Source of the DNA: a virus
Taxonomy: Duplodnaviria > Caudoviricetes
Reading direction: 5' to 3' (one strand)
DNA length: 64,000 nucleotides
IMG/VR virus record: IMGVR_UViG_3300043399_000339
Coordinates: 523-64,522 of that record
The notes beneath the pieces were generated by a model. It made no database searches, was not told the DNA's origin, and saw nothing but the letters and a program-made list of their open reading frames with translations. The translations under genes and the position numbers were made by a program. Shown here piece after piece: positions 24,857 to 35,172 of this stretch (positions are counted from its first letter, which is position 1; every line of letters begins with the position of its first letter).

Positions 24857-27406
24857 TCACTGGATCATGTTGCCTTGCGCGTCGAACTTGATACGCGTAG
24901 TAGATTGCGAGTTTACTGCAGAGGCTGGCGTTTCGGCACCCTCTGGGCCCAGCGCAGCCAGCTGAGACCGCAGTCGGGCTTGCTCCGCCTGCAGCTCGGC
25001 CTTCTTAGCTTTGTCCTCGGGACGGAACACGTTTTTGTACTGGCCCAATTGACGGTCGACCGACGCGAGCTGCGCGCTGATGCGCAGCCGCGCTTCTTTG
25101 GTGCCGGCAAGGGCGGCGGTGCCGGATGCTCCGCGGCCCGACGTGTAGATACCAGCGACGCGCTCGGCGCTGGCCTGCGCCTGTTTTGCCAGACGCTCTT
25201 TGACTTGCGTCTCGTACAGCGTCTTGTTGTCTTCGCGAGTGGCGGTGTACCCGAGGTCTTTGGCCAGCGTAGCGGTCTCCCGCAGGGCGGCAGCTTCCAG
25301 TTTGCGCTCTTGCGACTTGAGCTCGCGGCGCTCTTTGCCGGTCGCCATGTCTTCCTGGCGGCGCAGGTCTGCAATCTTGTCCAGCGTGTCGTTGAGTGCG
25401 TCGCGGCGCTCGGCGATCTTCTCCATCTGCTTGGTGTAGGCCACGCGGCCCTGCATGGCCCCCTTGCCGATGTTTGCAATCGCGTTCGGAGACTCTCCGC
25501 TCAAGATGGCGAAGCCAGCTTCGATCCATGCGCTGCGTTCCGCTTCCTTCTCCTTCCCGCCAAGGGCTCCTAGCTCCTCTTTGGCACGGGCTTCGCGCTC
25601 GCCGCCGAGCGGCTTGCGGGCAGCTACTTCAGCTTCAAAGTCTTCGCGGGCGGCACGCGCGGCGTCTTGCTCGGCTTTCTGCGCTGCAGCCGTGCCCTCT
25701 TCGACCTTCTTGCGCTCTTCAGCGACGCCTCGGTTGAGAAGCTCGCGGTCGGACATGGCCTGCGCGGCCGGAGCCAGCCCGGCAATACCGGCAGTGCGCG
25801 GAGCGCCAGACGCTGCCACGGGGGCGGCAGTGGCCTTGGGTACCGAGGCCGCGTCAGTGATACCGGCAACAGACGGGCCGCGCTGGAGTTTGGCCATCTC
25901 GGCGTCGACTTCCGGTTGAGCTTCGGGCGGAAGCGCCGTGGTAATACCACTCATTGCAGGGCCGCGCGCCAGCCGCGCATCTTCGGCAGGGCTCACGCCA
26001 CGCTTGGCTTGCTCAGCCTTGATGGCTGCGTCGATACCCGACGTATCAGACCCGGCGGCCACATACCGCTGGCGGGCGGCCAGCAGGCTCTCCAACGTAT
26101 CGCCGCTAAACAGCGACTTCACAGCGTCAAGCAAACCGCCGCTGTTTTCGTACGGGCTGCGGGTTTCGCGGTACATCCACGGCACATACCCACCGTCTTG
26201 GAACGCCACCACACCGCCGTCGGCGAACATCTCTTCCGGCACGTCCAGCGCCATCAGGCCGGCCATGACCTCATCGGCAACCGTGCGCTCTTCCTGCGGG
26301 GGCTGCACTTGGCGCGCGGCGGCTTGGCGCAGCTGCTGGCGGTCCATCATCTCTTTTTCAGCAGCGAGGCGTGCCAGCGTCGAGATGGTAGGCGCCTGCG
26401 CGCGCTCGGCCAGTTGCTCGTCACCAAGCAGACCGGTGATGCCGCCCTCCGCGTAGCCGGTAATCTCCCCGCCCTCGGCCTTCGACAAACCGTAAGCGAG
26501 CGTGCCCAGGCCGGCAACCGTCTGCAGTGGAGATGTAGGAGCGCCGTAAACCGACTGAGTCACCGAAGAAGTGAGCGGCGCCGTGCCGCGGATCGCGTCG
26601 AGCAGCAGGGCTTGCTGCTGGTACGGATACTGCTGCTGGGCTTGGAAGTCGGCGTAACGTTGGCTGAGGATGTCCTGCATGGCCTGACGCTGCTGGGCCC
26701 CCAACTGCTGTTGCTGGGTGGTGATGTCCATCTGCTGGCCGAACTGCTGACCACCAAGCGTGCCCAGAACACCGGCACCTTGCAGAGCGGTCTGCAGACC
26801 CTGCAGCCCCAGGCCGGCGCCGAACTGGCGAGACTGCTCAAGGCGCTGCTGCTCATCGGAGAACATCTTGGCCGCTTGGTCGTACGCAGACTGCAGGCCG
26901 CGGGCCTGAATGTCGCCCTTCTGCAGGGCCAGATTTCGCGCAGCTTCCGCGTCCATGATGGCTTGTCGGCTGCCGCCGAACGCGCCGGCGCGCACCGCCT
27001 GCGCACCACGCTCAGTACCGGCGATCTGGGCCTGCCGCTCCGCTTCGCGCTGCTGGATGTCAACCACACCCTGCATGTACGGCGACATGTAGGCGCCCAT
27101 CTGCGAACCGAACTGACCGGTCTGGTATGGAGAGAACTCAGTGCCGAGCCCGCCTAGCGCCGCCAGCCCGGCAACGCCGGACGCTTGGCCAATCTGAGGG
27201 GCCACCGTTTGTTGGCCGGCAGCCTGGAACGCCTGCTGCTGCAGGGGGCTGAACTGAGCAATTCGCTCGCCCGTGTACGGCTGGTACGGCTGCTGGGTCA
27301 GAGCTTCCAGCTTGCCGAACGACTCCAGCATTGGCTGCTTGAGCCAATCCGGAATGGTTTTCTGCTCGACCGTTTGCGTAGTAGGCCCGCTGCTACCGCT
27401 ATCCAT
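24857..27406 (-). CDS. Internal virion/ejection protein
   Basis: 849 aa; Q/A/G-rich; PYQPYTGERIA, YMSPY..V, GAFGGSR motifs typical of DNA-transfer proteins. Confidence 0.75.
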   Translation of the reverse strand: MDSGSSGPTTQTVEQKTIPDWLKQPMLESFGKLEALTQQPYQPYTGERIAQFSPLQQQAFQAAGQQTVAPQIGQASGVAGLAALGGLGTEFSPYQTGQFGSQMGAYMSPYMQGVVDIQQREAERQAQIAGTERGAQAVRAGAFGGSRQAIMDAEAARNLALQKGDIQARGLQSAYDQAAKMFSDEQQRLEQSRQFGAGLGLQGLQTALQGAGVLGTLGGQQFGQQMDITTQQQQLGAQQRQAMQDILSQRYADFQAQQQYPYQQQALLLDAIRGTAPLTSSVTQSVYGAPTSPLQTVAGLGTLAYGLSKAEGGEITGYAEGGITGLLGDEQLAERAQAPTISTLARLAAEKEMMDRQQLRQAAARQVQPPQEERTVADEVMAGLMALDVPEEMFADGGVVAFQDGGYVPWMYRETRSPYENSGGLLDAVKSLFSGDTLESLLAARQRYVAAGSDTSGIDAAIKAEQAKRGVSPAEDARLARGPAMSGITTALPPEAQPEVDAEMAKLQRGPSVAGITDAASVPKATAAPVAASGAPRTAGIAGLAPAAQAMSDRELLNRGVAEERKKVEEGTAAAQKAEQDAARAAREDFEAEVAARKPLGGEREARAKEELGALGGKEKEAERSAWIEAGFAILSGESPNAIANIGKGAMQGRVAYTKQMEKIAERRDALNDTLDKIADLRRQEDMATGKERRELKSQERKLEAAALRETATLAKDLGYTATREDNKTLYETQVKERLAKQAQASAERVAGIYTSGRGASGTAALAGTKEARLRISAQLASVDRQLGQYKNVFRPEDKAKKAELQAEQARLRSQLAALGPEGAETPASAVNSQSTTRIKFDAQGNMIQ

Positions 27407-27851
27407 TTAGGTGCTCCTTACGGTACTCATCGTACCGTTCGTAAAAAACTGCTTTCCACATTTTAGGGATGACGGTTTTGGCTTGCTCCGCCCCTACGCA
27501 TACGTGGATAGCGTACGCAATGATGTTTCCAACTGCATACCGCAGGCCGTGCGCGATCTCTATGCCGTGCGGGTCTTTCTCCCGTTCAAACTGGTTGGCA
27601 GCCTCGTACGAAGAGACCACCACTAGCCACATCGGCAAGATCGCATCCTGAACCCGGCGGTAGAACGGATTGGCAGGCAAGTACACGAGCGTGGTTAGAA
27701 ACGCGTGATTGATCTTATCTTCGCAGACATCTTTGTCTTTGTCGACCAGATCGTCCCAGATATGGCCGAGGTTGACCAGCAGCCGGTACATGTTGAGGGC
27801 GTCTTGGTTGCCCCCAAACCATTCGATGTCGCCGGCTTGCCAGTTCATCAA
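27399..27851 (-). CDS. Hypothetical helical protein with DDxxD motif
   Basis: HIWDDLVDKD; LP.NPFY. Confidence 0.7.
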   Translation of the reverse strand: MMNWQAGDIEWFGGNQDALNMYRLLVNLGHIWDDLVDKDKDVCEDKINHAFLTTLVYLPANPFYRRVQDAILPMWLVVVSSYEAANQFEREKDPHGIEIAHGLRYAVGNIIAYAIHVCVGAEQAKTVIPKMWKAVFYERYDEYRKEHLNG

Positions 27852-29389
27852 ACCACCGCTTTCGGGTTAACCGGGCGCTGCTGCGTCGATTTGCCGTGCG
27901 CAGCCCGACGGACTTTCTCCATCATCGCGTACAGCTTCTTGGCACCGCCGATGCGCTTCACGGTCTCGGGCGGCACATACGCTTCACCGTCGGCCACGCG
28001 CGCAGGCTGCTTACCCTCGATTGAAGTGGGGATCGAATCCGACAGGCCATCGCCAGGGCCCTTGATTGGCTTCACGTCGCCAAGGCGCTGCGCCAGCGCG
28101 CGGAGGCCGGCATCGGTGCTTCCGTTGCCCAAGGCGCTAACCACGTCTGCGGGGATCACAAAGCCGCCTTTGGCCATGCCGCCCTCTGCAAGCTGCACGT
28201 AGCGGCCAGACGACTGCTCGTAGCGATACCGAGGGCGCTCGTCTGCCTTCGGCGCCAGCAGGCCGGTTATTCCGGCCATTTGCCCTGCGTCGTCAACGGC
28301 GCCAGCGGGCTGCTGGGAGCCGCCGTACATCTTGAAGTTCCGCGACCGAAGCGGGTCAAAACGGCTTTGCGTGGTGACCGCAGGGGTGGCAGGGGCCGCG
28401 GCCGGCGCGGGAGCCGCGGGAGCAGCGATAGCTGCTGCGCGGTCGACTGCTGCAGTGGTGACCGGAGACGTGGCGCTACGCCCCATCAGATACTCATACG
28501 CTTCGCGCGACGCGCCGCTCAGCTTGTCGTCGGTGCTGCCACCGTCGGCCATCCGGACAAACTCAGGACGGAAGTAGGTGCGCTCAGACGTCATGGCGCT
28601 GCCAGGGTCCTGCAGGCCACCGGTGTAGCCCGGACGGTATTCATACCGCATACGCTCGGTGTCGTCTTCCTGCGGAGCCGGCGTGGTCGGCTGCATGCCA
28701 GCCAGGACTGGCGCAGCGATACCATAGCCAGCTTTCATAAGTCCGCTGGTGCCGCCGATGTTTTGCATGAACGCCCCGCGGCCAGCCTCCGTGCCGAGCC
28801 CAGCGATGCCAGCTTTAAGTTGGTCAGTCGGAGCCATGCCCATGAAGCCCTTAGTGGCGTCGATCGCGGCCAGCGACTGCGCGTTCGCAGCGCCGCCGAG
28901 CATACTCTCATTGACCATCTGGCTTGCAACCGGGTCGAACGCCGGGAGGCCGGTAGCCGCGGAGCCCGCGGCGGCTTGCGCCCCTTGAGCCGCAAAGTCT
29001 TGCGCCGCTGCGGCACCAGACCCGGCAAGGCCAGCACCCAAACCAGCACCGCCGTAGGCGCCGAGGCCCGCCATGATGCCCTTGCTGAGATCGCCGGACG
29101 CCAGTGCGGTGCCACCACCGACAATGCCCGCAGCGGCGAGCGGGCCGACGCCCGGGACAAAGCTCAGGCCAACGCCGAGCAAAGTCGGCAGCAGGTTGTC
29201 GAGAAACCCGGCTTCAGGAAGGCCCGTTTTAGGGTTCACGGTGAGCGAGCCACCGCCGGCCTTGGCGAGCGCCTGCAGCCCATTGACCTCGCGCGGGGTC
29301 ATGTGGATAAGGACCGTGTCGTCGCCACGGCCTTCAGACTGTACGACTTTGGCTAGTTCCTGCAGGCTCATGGCGGGATTATCCTTCAA
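27848..29389 (-). CDS. Internal virion/ejection protein
   Basis: GRG.DT.L.H.TP.EV..L...T.NP.TGLPE N-terminus; GPGDG.SDSIP...DGE C-terminus. Confidence 0.75.
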   Translation of the reverse strand: MKDNPAMSLQELAKVVQSEGRGDDTVLIHMTPREVNGLQALAKAGGGSLTVNPKTGLPEAGFLDNLLPTLLGVGLSFVPGVGPLAAAGIVGGGTALASGDLSKGIMAGLGAYGGAGLGAGLAGSGAAAAQDFAAQGAQAAAGSAATGLPAFDPVASQMVNESMLGGAANAQSLAAIDATKGFMGMAPTDQLKAGIAGLGTEAGRGAFMQNIGGTSGLMKAGYGIAAPVLAGMQPTTPAPQEDDTERMRYEYRPGYTGGLQDPGSAMTSERTYFRPEFVRMADGGSTDDKLSGASREAYEYLMGRSATSPVTTAAVDRAAAIAAPAAPAPAAAPATPAVTTQSRFDPLRSRNFKMYGGSQQPAGAVDDAGQMAGITGLLAPKADERPRYRYEQSSGRYVQLAEGGMAKGGFVIPADVVSALGNGSTDAGLRALAQRLGDVKPIKGPGDGLSDSIPTSIEGKQPARVADGEAYVPPETVKRIGGAKKLYAMMEKVRRAAHGKSTQQRPVNPKAVV

Positions 29390-29403
29390 TCAAGTTGGTT
29401 CGG

Positions 29404-30552
29404 CTACTGCTGTGCTTGGGTTACGTTGAGAACGATCGCGGGTGCGGCCGGGGCGAACGCCGTTGACGCTACGCTGCTGACCGACACAGCCGTGCTGTCC
29501 GATGCGAATGCCAGCTCTACGTACTGGTTGGCCCCAAGCGAAATCGTTTCTTGCAGTGTCAGCGGCAGGTATCCGCTGTTAATGTCCGTGGTCAGGATGC
29601 GCGCGGAGTTCGGTACCGCGGTACCGTTTTTCTTGAACCACACCCAAACCGCTTTCTGCGAGGAACTACTGCTGGTCAACTGTAAGTTGGCATCGAAGCG
29701 GTATAGCCCAGACTGCGGCACTACGATACGCGACGCCGGACTGCCGATCACCACGCCATTGCTGATCTGGGTATTGGTGAACGTCAGCAGGTACTCGGTG
29801 TTAATAGCCACGGGAGACTGACTGTCCGTCTTGGCAAACGTCCCGTAATACTGCATCTGCTGCACCGTGGGGCGCACAAAAATTTCACCGACCGTGGCGC
29901 TAACCGCTACCACGGCGGCCACAGGCACGACGTTGTTCGGCGCCGTCGGCTTGATGTTCGTAAACCCACCAGCCACCGTTGGGCTAGCGTACAGAATGTC
30001 TCCGACGCTCCAAGTCTCCCCGTACGGCGCACCAGTCGTGTTCAGGTCTCGGACGTTCCCCCAGACTGTGCAGTACCCCTTCTGGCCAGAATCCGGCAGC
30101 TCGTGGGTCATTACGCCAAGCACGTACAGAGACGGCGACGCGCCGTCAGCCAAGTAAGGGGCGACCTGCAGCGTGCTCAGAGCGCCGGCGCCAGCAAAGC
30201 CTACCAAGGAGCCGTTAGGGATAGTCGACCCAGTACTATTCTCTACCCGCGCGTATGTCTCTTGACCAACTTGCTGGATGACGCCGTAGTCCATCCCGAT
30301 CTGCAGGGTCTGGTCGGCCGAACTCCAGCCAACCCGAGCTAGCTGAGCTGGGTAAGTAGCCGTCTCGTTGAAGTCTACGTAATCAAACGGTCCGCGCACC
30401 GGTCCCAGCGCCACGTCAAGCGCGTCGTCAAGCTGGTTGAAGTACAGCCGCAGAATGTTGTTGAGCTGGTCGTGGTACCGACGCTCGAACGCGATCGGAG
30501 CCACCGGCAGCGCCGGTGCTTGGGGGCCATTGACTCGTGTGACCATATTCAA
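29404..30552 (-). CDS. Tail-associated structural protein
   Basis: P.LP.AP...Q..N.LRLYFNQLD N-terminus; C1q/BclA-like beta C-terminus. Confidence 0.65.
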   Translation of the reverse strand: MNMVTRVNGPQAPALPVAPIAFERRYHDQLNNILRLYFNQLDDALDVALGPVRGPFDYVDFNETATYPAQLARVGWSSADQTLQIGMDYGVIQQVGQETYARVENSTGSTIPNGSLVGFAGAGALSTLQVAPYLADGASPSLYVLGVMTHELPDSGQKGYCTVWGNVRDLNTTGAPYGETWSVGDILYASPTVAGGFTNIKPTAPNNVVPVAAVVAVSATVGEIFVRPTVQQMQYYGTFAKTDSQSPVAINTEYLLTFTNTQISNGVVIGSPASRIVVPQSGLYRFDANLQLTSSSSSQKAVWVWFKKNGTAVPNSARILTTDINSGYLPLTLQETISLGANQYVELAFASDSTAVSVSSVASTAFAPAAPAIVLNVTQAQQ

Positions 30553-32474
30553 CGCCTGCCACTAGGCCGCACATCAATTGACGGCACACCAAGTTGCCAC
30601 TGCGTGCCAAGCGTGTCAGAACTGACCCGCAAAGACATCTGCCGGCCGCGAACTCGGACGTACACGATTTCGGTGAACTGCTGGACCGTGTAGCTCTTCT
30701 CGAAGTTGTAGTTGTTCACGCTGGTGACCGCCGGGTCCTCTGATGGGCCGTAGTCAGCGCCAGGATTCTTACGCGGGCGAACAGTGAAGTCTGCAGACGG
30801 CGTGCCGGCAGTCGAGCCGTCGAACGTCAGGTCAGGAACAATACGCCACACGAATCCGTACCGATGCCCGTCGTCGATATTGAAGTCCGCAGACTGCACG
30901 TAGCAGCTGATCGGAGTGGGCGGGTTAGTGGTGCCGTCGTCCGTGCCGACTTCGTGGTTGATGAGCTGCCCGTTGTAGCCCGTAGCCACAGGGGTGTTGC
31001 GCAGCGCGGAGTCAAGCCATGCAGTGCGGGCCAAGCTGCCATACGCCCAGGTGTTCTCGACGTAGTTGAAGATGACGTACTTGTCGACCGTGGTCGAGCC
31101 GGACGAGCAGTAATACCACCAGACTTCGTTGAAGCCCTCGTTGGTACCGGCGTGCACTTGATACGCTTGGTCCCGGTCTAGGTCATCGAACACATATGAC
31201 CAGACGGAGCACGGCAGCGTTTCCACCCGACCGGTGTACACGTAGAACTTGTCTACGCCCATCCAAAACACGTTGCCGGCCGTCTGGATTGCCGCGCGCG
31301 GGCTCATGATCGACACGTTGTCGGCAAGGAGCTGGAACCCCCACACGTATGGAGGGCCGAGGTATTGGCCAGAGTACAGCGCCGCATCGGTCCACACCAA
31401 GAATTCCTGCCGGGTCTGCACCTCGGCCACGATCTGCGACCCGCGGCTCAGCCGGTACCCGCCAGCTTGGTTCGTGATCGCCGGCGTCCATACGGCGTAG
31501 TTTTCTTGGTCTGACCACCGGATCAGCAGCGGGTCTTGCGTAGCGGAACCCAGGTCGTTGCAGCCAAACGCCATCACGAACCGCGAAGTGTCCGACACGT
31601 CCACTATGTTGGCGACCGTCGGGCAGTCTGCATCCGTCTGGTACAGCCCACTGCTGGTGGGCGAGAGGCGCTGCGCGCGGTCAAACACCGACGGGTTTGC
31701 GTTCGGCACCCACATGTAGAGAGCCCCGCCGCGCGGGTTAAGCATCAGGTACTCGCCATAGTTTGCCTGCGACCACAGCCGCAGCTGCTGTGATACCCCA
31801 ACGCCAGACATAGACGGCAAACCCCAACCAACAACGCCCCAACCTCCGGCACCCCACCCAGTACCTACGGTGTACACGTCCCCACCGGTAGTGATCTGAT
31901 ACGTGAAGGTAGCGGCGCCCGTCGTGCCGCTGGATGTGGCCGCAGTGGGTACCGTGATGGTGTACGTGGCGCTGTCAATGACAGTGACCTGATGCTCCGC
32001 GTTTAGCTGCGCAGCAGGAACACCGTTGACGGGGCCGGCAACGCCAGAAATCGTCACAAAGTCGTTGGTCTGCGCCCCGTGCCCGGCGTCGGTCACCTGC
32101 ACCACTGCGGAGCCCGATACCGTCGTGAACGCGTTGCTAGCCACCGTAGCCGTTCGGCGCAGGGGAGTCACATCATGTAGCAGGCCGCCAGCCGAGTTCT
32201 GTACGTAGTATTTGAGGTTGGTGCCGATAGCCAGCAGGTTTTGAGCGCCTAGCGACTGCCAAGACCACATAGCGCGGGCTACGCCCCAAAACGCGCCTGC
32301 AGGAGGCTGCAGAGTCGCAGCAGCCGTAGCGCCGTCAAGCGCCCACCCTCCGATTTTTTCGGGCGTACCCGATCGGAAACGAATCTTGTCGCAGTCGAAC
32401 CAAGACCCCTCCGCGGCCAGCGTAGTCGATCCGCGCTGGATTCCGGGCTTCAGGGCTAGTTTTTTCAGCGGCAT
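30549..32474 (-). CDS. Tail nozzle / DNA stabilization protein (P22 gp10-like)
   Basis: KPGI...W.D.DKIRFR.G.PEKIGGW; IRWSDQE; VWW.Y; R.RGRQ. Confidence 0.75.
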   Translation of the reverse strand: MPLKKLALKPGIQRGSTTLAAEGSWFDCDKIRFRSGTPEKIGGWALDGATAAATLQPPAGAFWGVARAMWSWQSLGAQNLLAIGTNLKYYVQNSAGGLLHDVTPLRRTATVASNAFTTVSGSAVVQVTDAGHGAQTNDFVTISGVAGPVNGVPAAQLNAEHQVTVIDSATYTITVPTAATSSGTTGAATFTYQITTGGDVYTVGTGWGAGGWGVVGWGLPSMSGVGVSQQLRLWSQANYGEYLMLNPRGGALYMWVPNANPSVFDRAQRLSPTSSGLYQTDADCPTVANIVDVSDTSRFVMAFGCNDLGSATQDPLLIRWSDQENYAVWTPAITNQAGGYRLSRGSQIVAEVQTRQEFLVWTDAALYSGQYLGPPYVWGFQLLADNVSIMSPRAAIQTAGNVFWMGVDKFYVYTGRVETLPCSVWSYVFDDLDRDQAYQVHAGTNEGFNEVWWYYCSSGSTTVDKYVIFNYVENTWAYGSLARTAWLDSALRNTPVATGYNGQLINHEVGTDDGTTNPPTPISCYVQSADFNIDDGHRYGFVWRIVPDLTFDGSTAGTPSADFTVRPRKNPGADYGPSEDPAVTSVNNYNFEKSYTVQQFTEIVYVRVRGRQMSLRVSSDTLGTQWQLGVPSIDVRPSGRR

Positions 32475-32483
32475 AGTGTGTCC

Positions 32484-33152
32484 TCACGCGAACGCGGCGA
32501 GTGCTTCGTTATACAGGTCTGCGCGCGCCGATAGCCCAATGGTACCGCCATTGATGCGTATCGTCATAGCTTTCACATCGCCGGTGTCGGCAAGCTCGTT
32601 TAGCTTGTTGACTGACCAGAACCAGCCAGCGGATAGCGCTGCGTTGACCGGCAGGAGCAGGCGGTCGGGTTCGGTCACAAAGTCCTCACCCAGCGCGCGG
32701 CCGCACGCGGTGTAGTTGTTTCGACCGGTTAGCTGCTTGAGCCCGCGGCCGCGAAATTTCCACCCATCCCCAGACTCTTCCGTGCCGTTGCCCATGCGGT
32801 TGGAGTACACCTTGTTGGCGATCATCTCCGGCCGGCGCTGGATCAGTTTAGCCATGTCATTGGGTAAGTTACGCCCGCGCGAGTCTTTCAGGTAGTTACC
32901 GGCCATGTCGCGCTGCGCAAAGCGCGTCGGCCACGTGGATGCAAGACCCACTGCCGAGTAGTTCAGGTTCTCTTCGAGGCGCACGAGCCCGGCCGACTCA
33001 TGGCCAATCTGGCTCAAGAACGCCGCAATCCGCCGCGGACTGGTGATGTCGTAGGCCTTGCAGGTACCTTGCAGGAACGGCAAAAAGATGGCCGCTTGGG
33101 AAAGCGGCGCACCGGTGGCCAGAGCCACTTGTTCAGCAGTCAGCGGGATCAC
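32484..33152 (-). CDS. Glycoside hydrolase family 19 endolysin
   Basis: AFLSQIGHES..L.ENLNYS; DGWKFRGRG.KQLTGR.NY; INGG..GL..R; start GTG 33152 (or ATG 33179). Confidence 0.9.
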   Translation of the reverse strand: MIPLTAEQVALATGAPLSQAAIFLPFLQGTCKAYDITSPRRIAAFLSQIGHESAGLVRLEENLNYSAVGLASTWPTRFAQRDMAGNYLKDSRGRNLPNDMAKLIQRRPEMIANKVYSNRMGNGTEESGDGWKFRGRGLKQLTGRNNYTACGRALGEDFVTEPDRLLLPVNAALSAGWFWSVNKLNELADTGDVKAMTIRINGGTIGLSARADLYNEALAAFA

Positions 33153-33316
33153 TTGGGTCGTTTGTCGTAGATCGACCATGCCACGCCTGCGGCTGCAGCA
33201 GCACCGCCCACGATGGCGTCAACGTCGGCGCCGTCAATACCGTATTTCATGGCTGCCGCGCCAGCGATGGCGGTCAGAATGTGGCGAACAAGCGCTGCAA
33301 TGATAGTTGCGTTCAT
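33149..33316 (-). CDS. Small holin-like membrane protein (55 aa, not in ORF track)
   Basis: MNATIIAALVRHILTAIAG...GVAWSIYDKRPK; two hydrophobic segments; AGGAG RBS; adjacent to endolysin. Confidence 0.7.
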   Translation of the reverse strand: MNATIIAALVRHILTAIAGAAAMKYGIDGADVDAIVGGAAAAAGVAWSIYDKRPK

Positions 33317-33328
33317 AATTACTCCTAG

Positions 33329-34156
33329 TTACGTGATTGAGCCTAGCCGGGTTCCAGTAGCTAGCCAAGTGATATTGGCGTTGCCAACAACCGCGGCGCC
33401 GGCTGCGCCGCCTGCATACGGTCCGACGGTGGTAACCGTGTTAACCCCGATACCCTTGGCGGCGTTGTTCCCTGCAGTGCCGGCCTGCCCCCAGCTACCA
33501 CCAGCGCCGCCAGACCCGCCCGTTACGTTAGGAAAATAGCCGTTGTACCCGGATGCGCCCGCGCCCGCAGAGCTAGAGGTACCGGCTACGCCGGTCCCAC
33601 CGCCAAAGTACCCACCGCCACCACCGGACGAATTAGCTGCCGCCCCGGTTTGCCCCCCGCCGCCGCCACCGGCGCCAACGGATGTGTAAGTGATTTCGCC
33701 ATCCGGGCTTCGGAATTCTCCGCCCTGCCCTCCGCCGCCACCGCCGCCACCACCACCAATCGTGCCGGTATTTGTCACGCTGATAGCAGTTTGTGCGCGC
33801 ATCGCTGGTCCGCCAGCAGCTCCAGCAGCGCCGGTATCCGGGGTGCCGTTGGCGTTAACCCCACCGCCCTTGCCTCCGGCACCGCCCATACCCACGATGA
33901 AGCCATTGTTGGTTAGGGAAAGAGACGACCCAGTTGGGAAGCTAGTGCCTGTGTCAAAGGCGTACACCCCAGTGCTGTTGGCACTAACGTACACCCCGGA
34001 GTTGATAGTCACGACAGCCCGCAGCGGGGTAAGCTGGTTCCACCCTGCAGCAACAGCAGCGTCTCGGAGGTTGTAGTTGGTGGTGTTCGAGGAGATCGTT
34101 TGGTTAAAAACGAACGGCGCCCCGCTACCAGCCAGCACTGCGTGGATACCAGCCAT
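33329..34156 (-). CDS. Glycine-rich receptor-binding adhesin (T-even gp38-like)
   Basis: VTINSGV..NNG.I.G.GG.GG poly-Gly segments; terminal W...GT..G. Confidence 0.75.
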   Translation of the reverse strand: MAGIHAVLAGSGAPFVFNQTISSNTTNYNLRDAAVAAGWNQLTPLRAVVTINSGVYVSANSTGVYAFDTGTSFPTGSSLSLTNNGFIVGMGGAGGKGGGVNANGTPDTGAAGAAGGPAMRAQTAISVTNTGTIGGGGGGGGGGQGGEFRSPDGEITYTSVGAGGGGGGQTGAAANSSGGGGGYFGGGTGVAGTSSSAGAGASGYNGYFPNVTGGSGGAGGSWGQAGTAGNNAAKGIGVNTVTTVGPYAGGAAGAAVVGNANITWLATGTRLGSIT

Positions 34157-35163
34157 TACGACAGACCTCCGCCAGAGATAACTGCCACTGTAGCACTGAC
34201 AAACACCACAGTAGCCAGCCCACGCTGGGCAAGCGTACGCGATCCGGTAGTCGCCGTCCCGACTAAATACATAGTCAACCCCGCGCCTTGCGCGATCGAG
34301 ATCGAACTGGCAGAGTTGTTGACAATTGTCACGACATCGCCGGCAGCGAAAATGCTCGCCGGCACAGTAACCGTGCCAGTTGCTACCACCAACGCGCCGC
34401 GGTCCCCGACCACCAAAGTGCCGCTGGTGCCCGTAGTCGGAGTAGACAGGCCGCGCAGGCGGTCCACGAACGCCGTGGTGGCAATCGTCGTGTTGCTGGT
34501 TTTCTCAGCCTGCGTGGTAGCGTTCGTCGCGTTGGTCGCGTTCGTCGCGTTCGTCGCGTTCGTCGCGTTGGTCGCGTTCTGCACCGCCGTAGCGCCGATA
34601 GCAGCAACGATGTCTGCTGCGCTGGCTACCGAGAGGGCCGAGGTGCCGTTGCCTCGCAGGATGCCGCCATTGGTGAACGTGGACGCTCCCGTGCCACCGT
34701 CGGCCACAGCGAGGTCAGTTCCGAGCGTAAGCGCCGGCAGATGCGAGGTCTGAGCGGTGAAGTTCACGCCGTCCGAGACAACTGCAATCGTCTTGCCGGC
34801 AGGGATGGCCACCCCGGTGCCCGCTGCAGTGGTGTTGCCGATGACGGTCGAGTTGTAGACCGTGGCCGTGTAGGCACTGGCGTTCTGGATGACGTACAGC
34901 TTGCTGGCCGGCGGCGCGTATACGGCAAAGTCCGCCGTAGTGGTCGTGGTCAGAGAGATGATAGCTTTGCGGGCTTGGTCGTCCACCCCGTCCAGCGCAG
35001 TGAACGCTTGGGCCGCGCTCGTAACCGAGACGGCGCTGCGGCCGGCGATAGAGCCTTCCAGCAAGGTGCCGAGGTTGCGGTTGGTCGTGGTGCCCCACGT
35101 GCCGGCCTGCTCGCCAGCACCGATCAGCTCGACGCGAAGATTGGGGGAAAACGTACTCGGCAT
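34156..35163 (-). CDS. Tail fibre protein
   Basis: GEQAGTWG.TTN.N head-binding start; LAVADGGTGA; (NAT)6; IATTAFV. Confidence 0.8.
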   Translation of the reverse strand: MPSTFSPNLRVELIGAGEQAGTWGTTTNRNLGTLLEGSIAGRSAVSVTSAAQAFTALDGVDDQARKAIISLTTTTTADFAVYAPPASKLYVIQNASAYTATVYNSTVIGNTTAAGTGVAIPAGKTIAVVSDGVNFTAQTSHLPALTLGTDLAVADGGTGASTFTNGGILRGNGTSALSVASAADIVAAIGATAVQNATNATNATNATNATNATNATTQAEKTSNTTIATTAFVDRLRGLSTPTTGTSGTLVVGDRGALVVATGTVTVPASIFAAGDVVTIVNNSASSISIAQGAGLTMYLVGTATTGSRTLAQRGLATVVFVSATVAVISGGGLS

Positions 35164-35172
35164 CGCCTGTCC

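Noticed and set aside
34519-34578. (NAT)6 repeat in tail fibre
   Set aside because: Common low-complexity fibre linker; not unusual.
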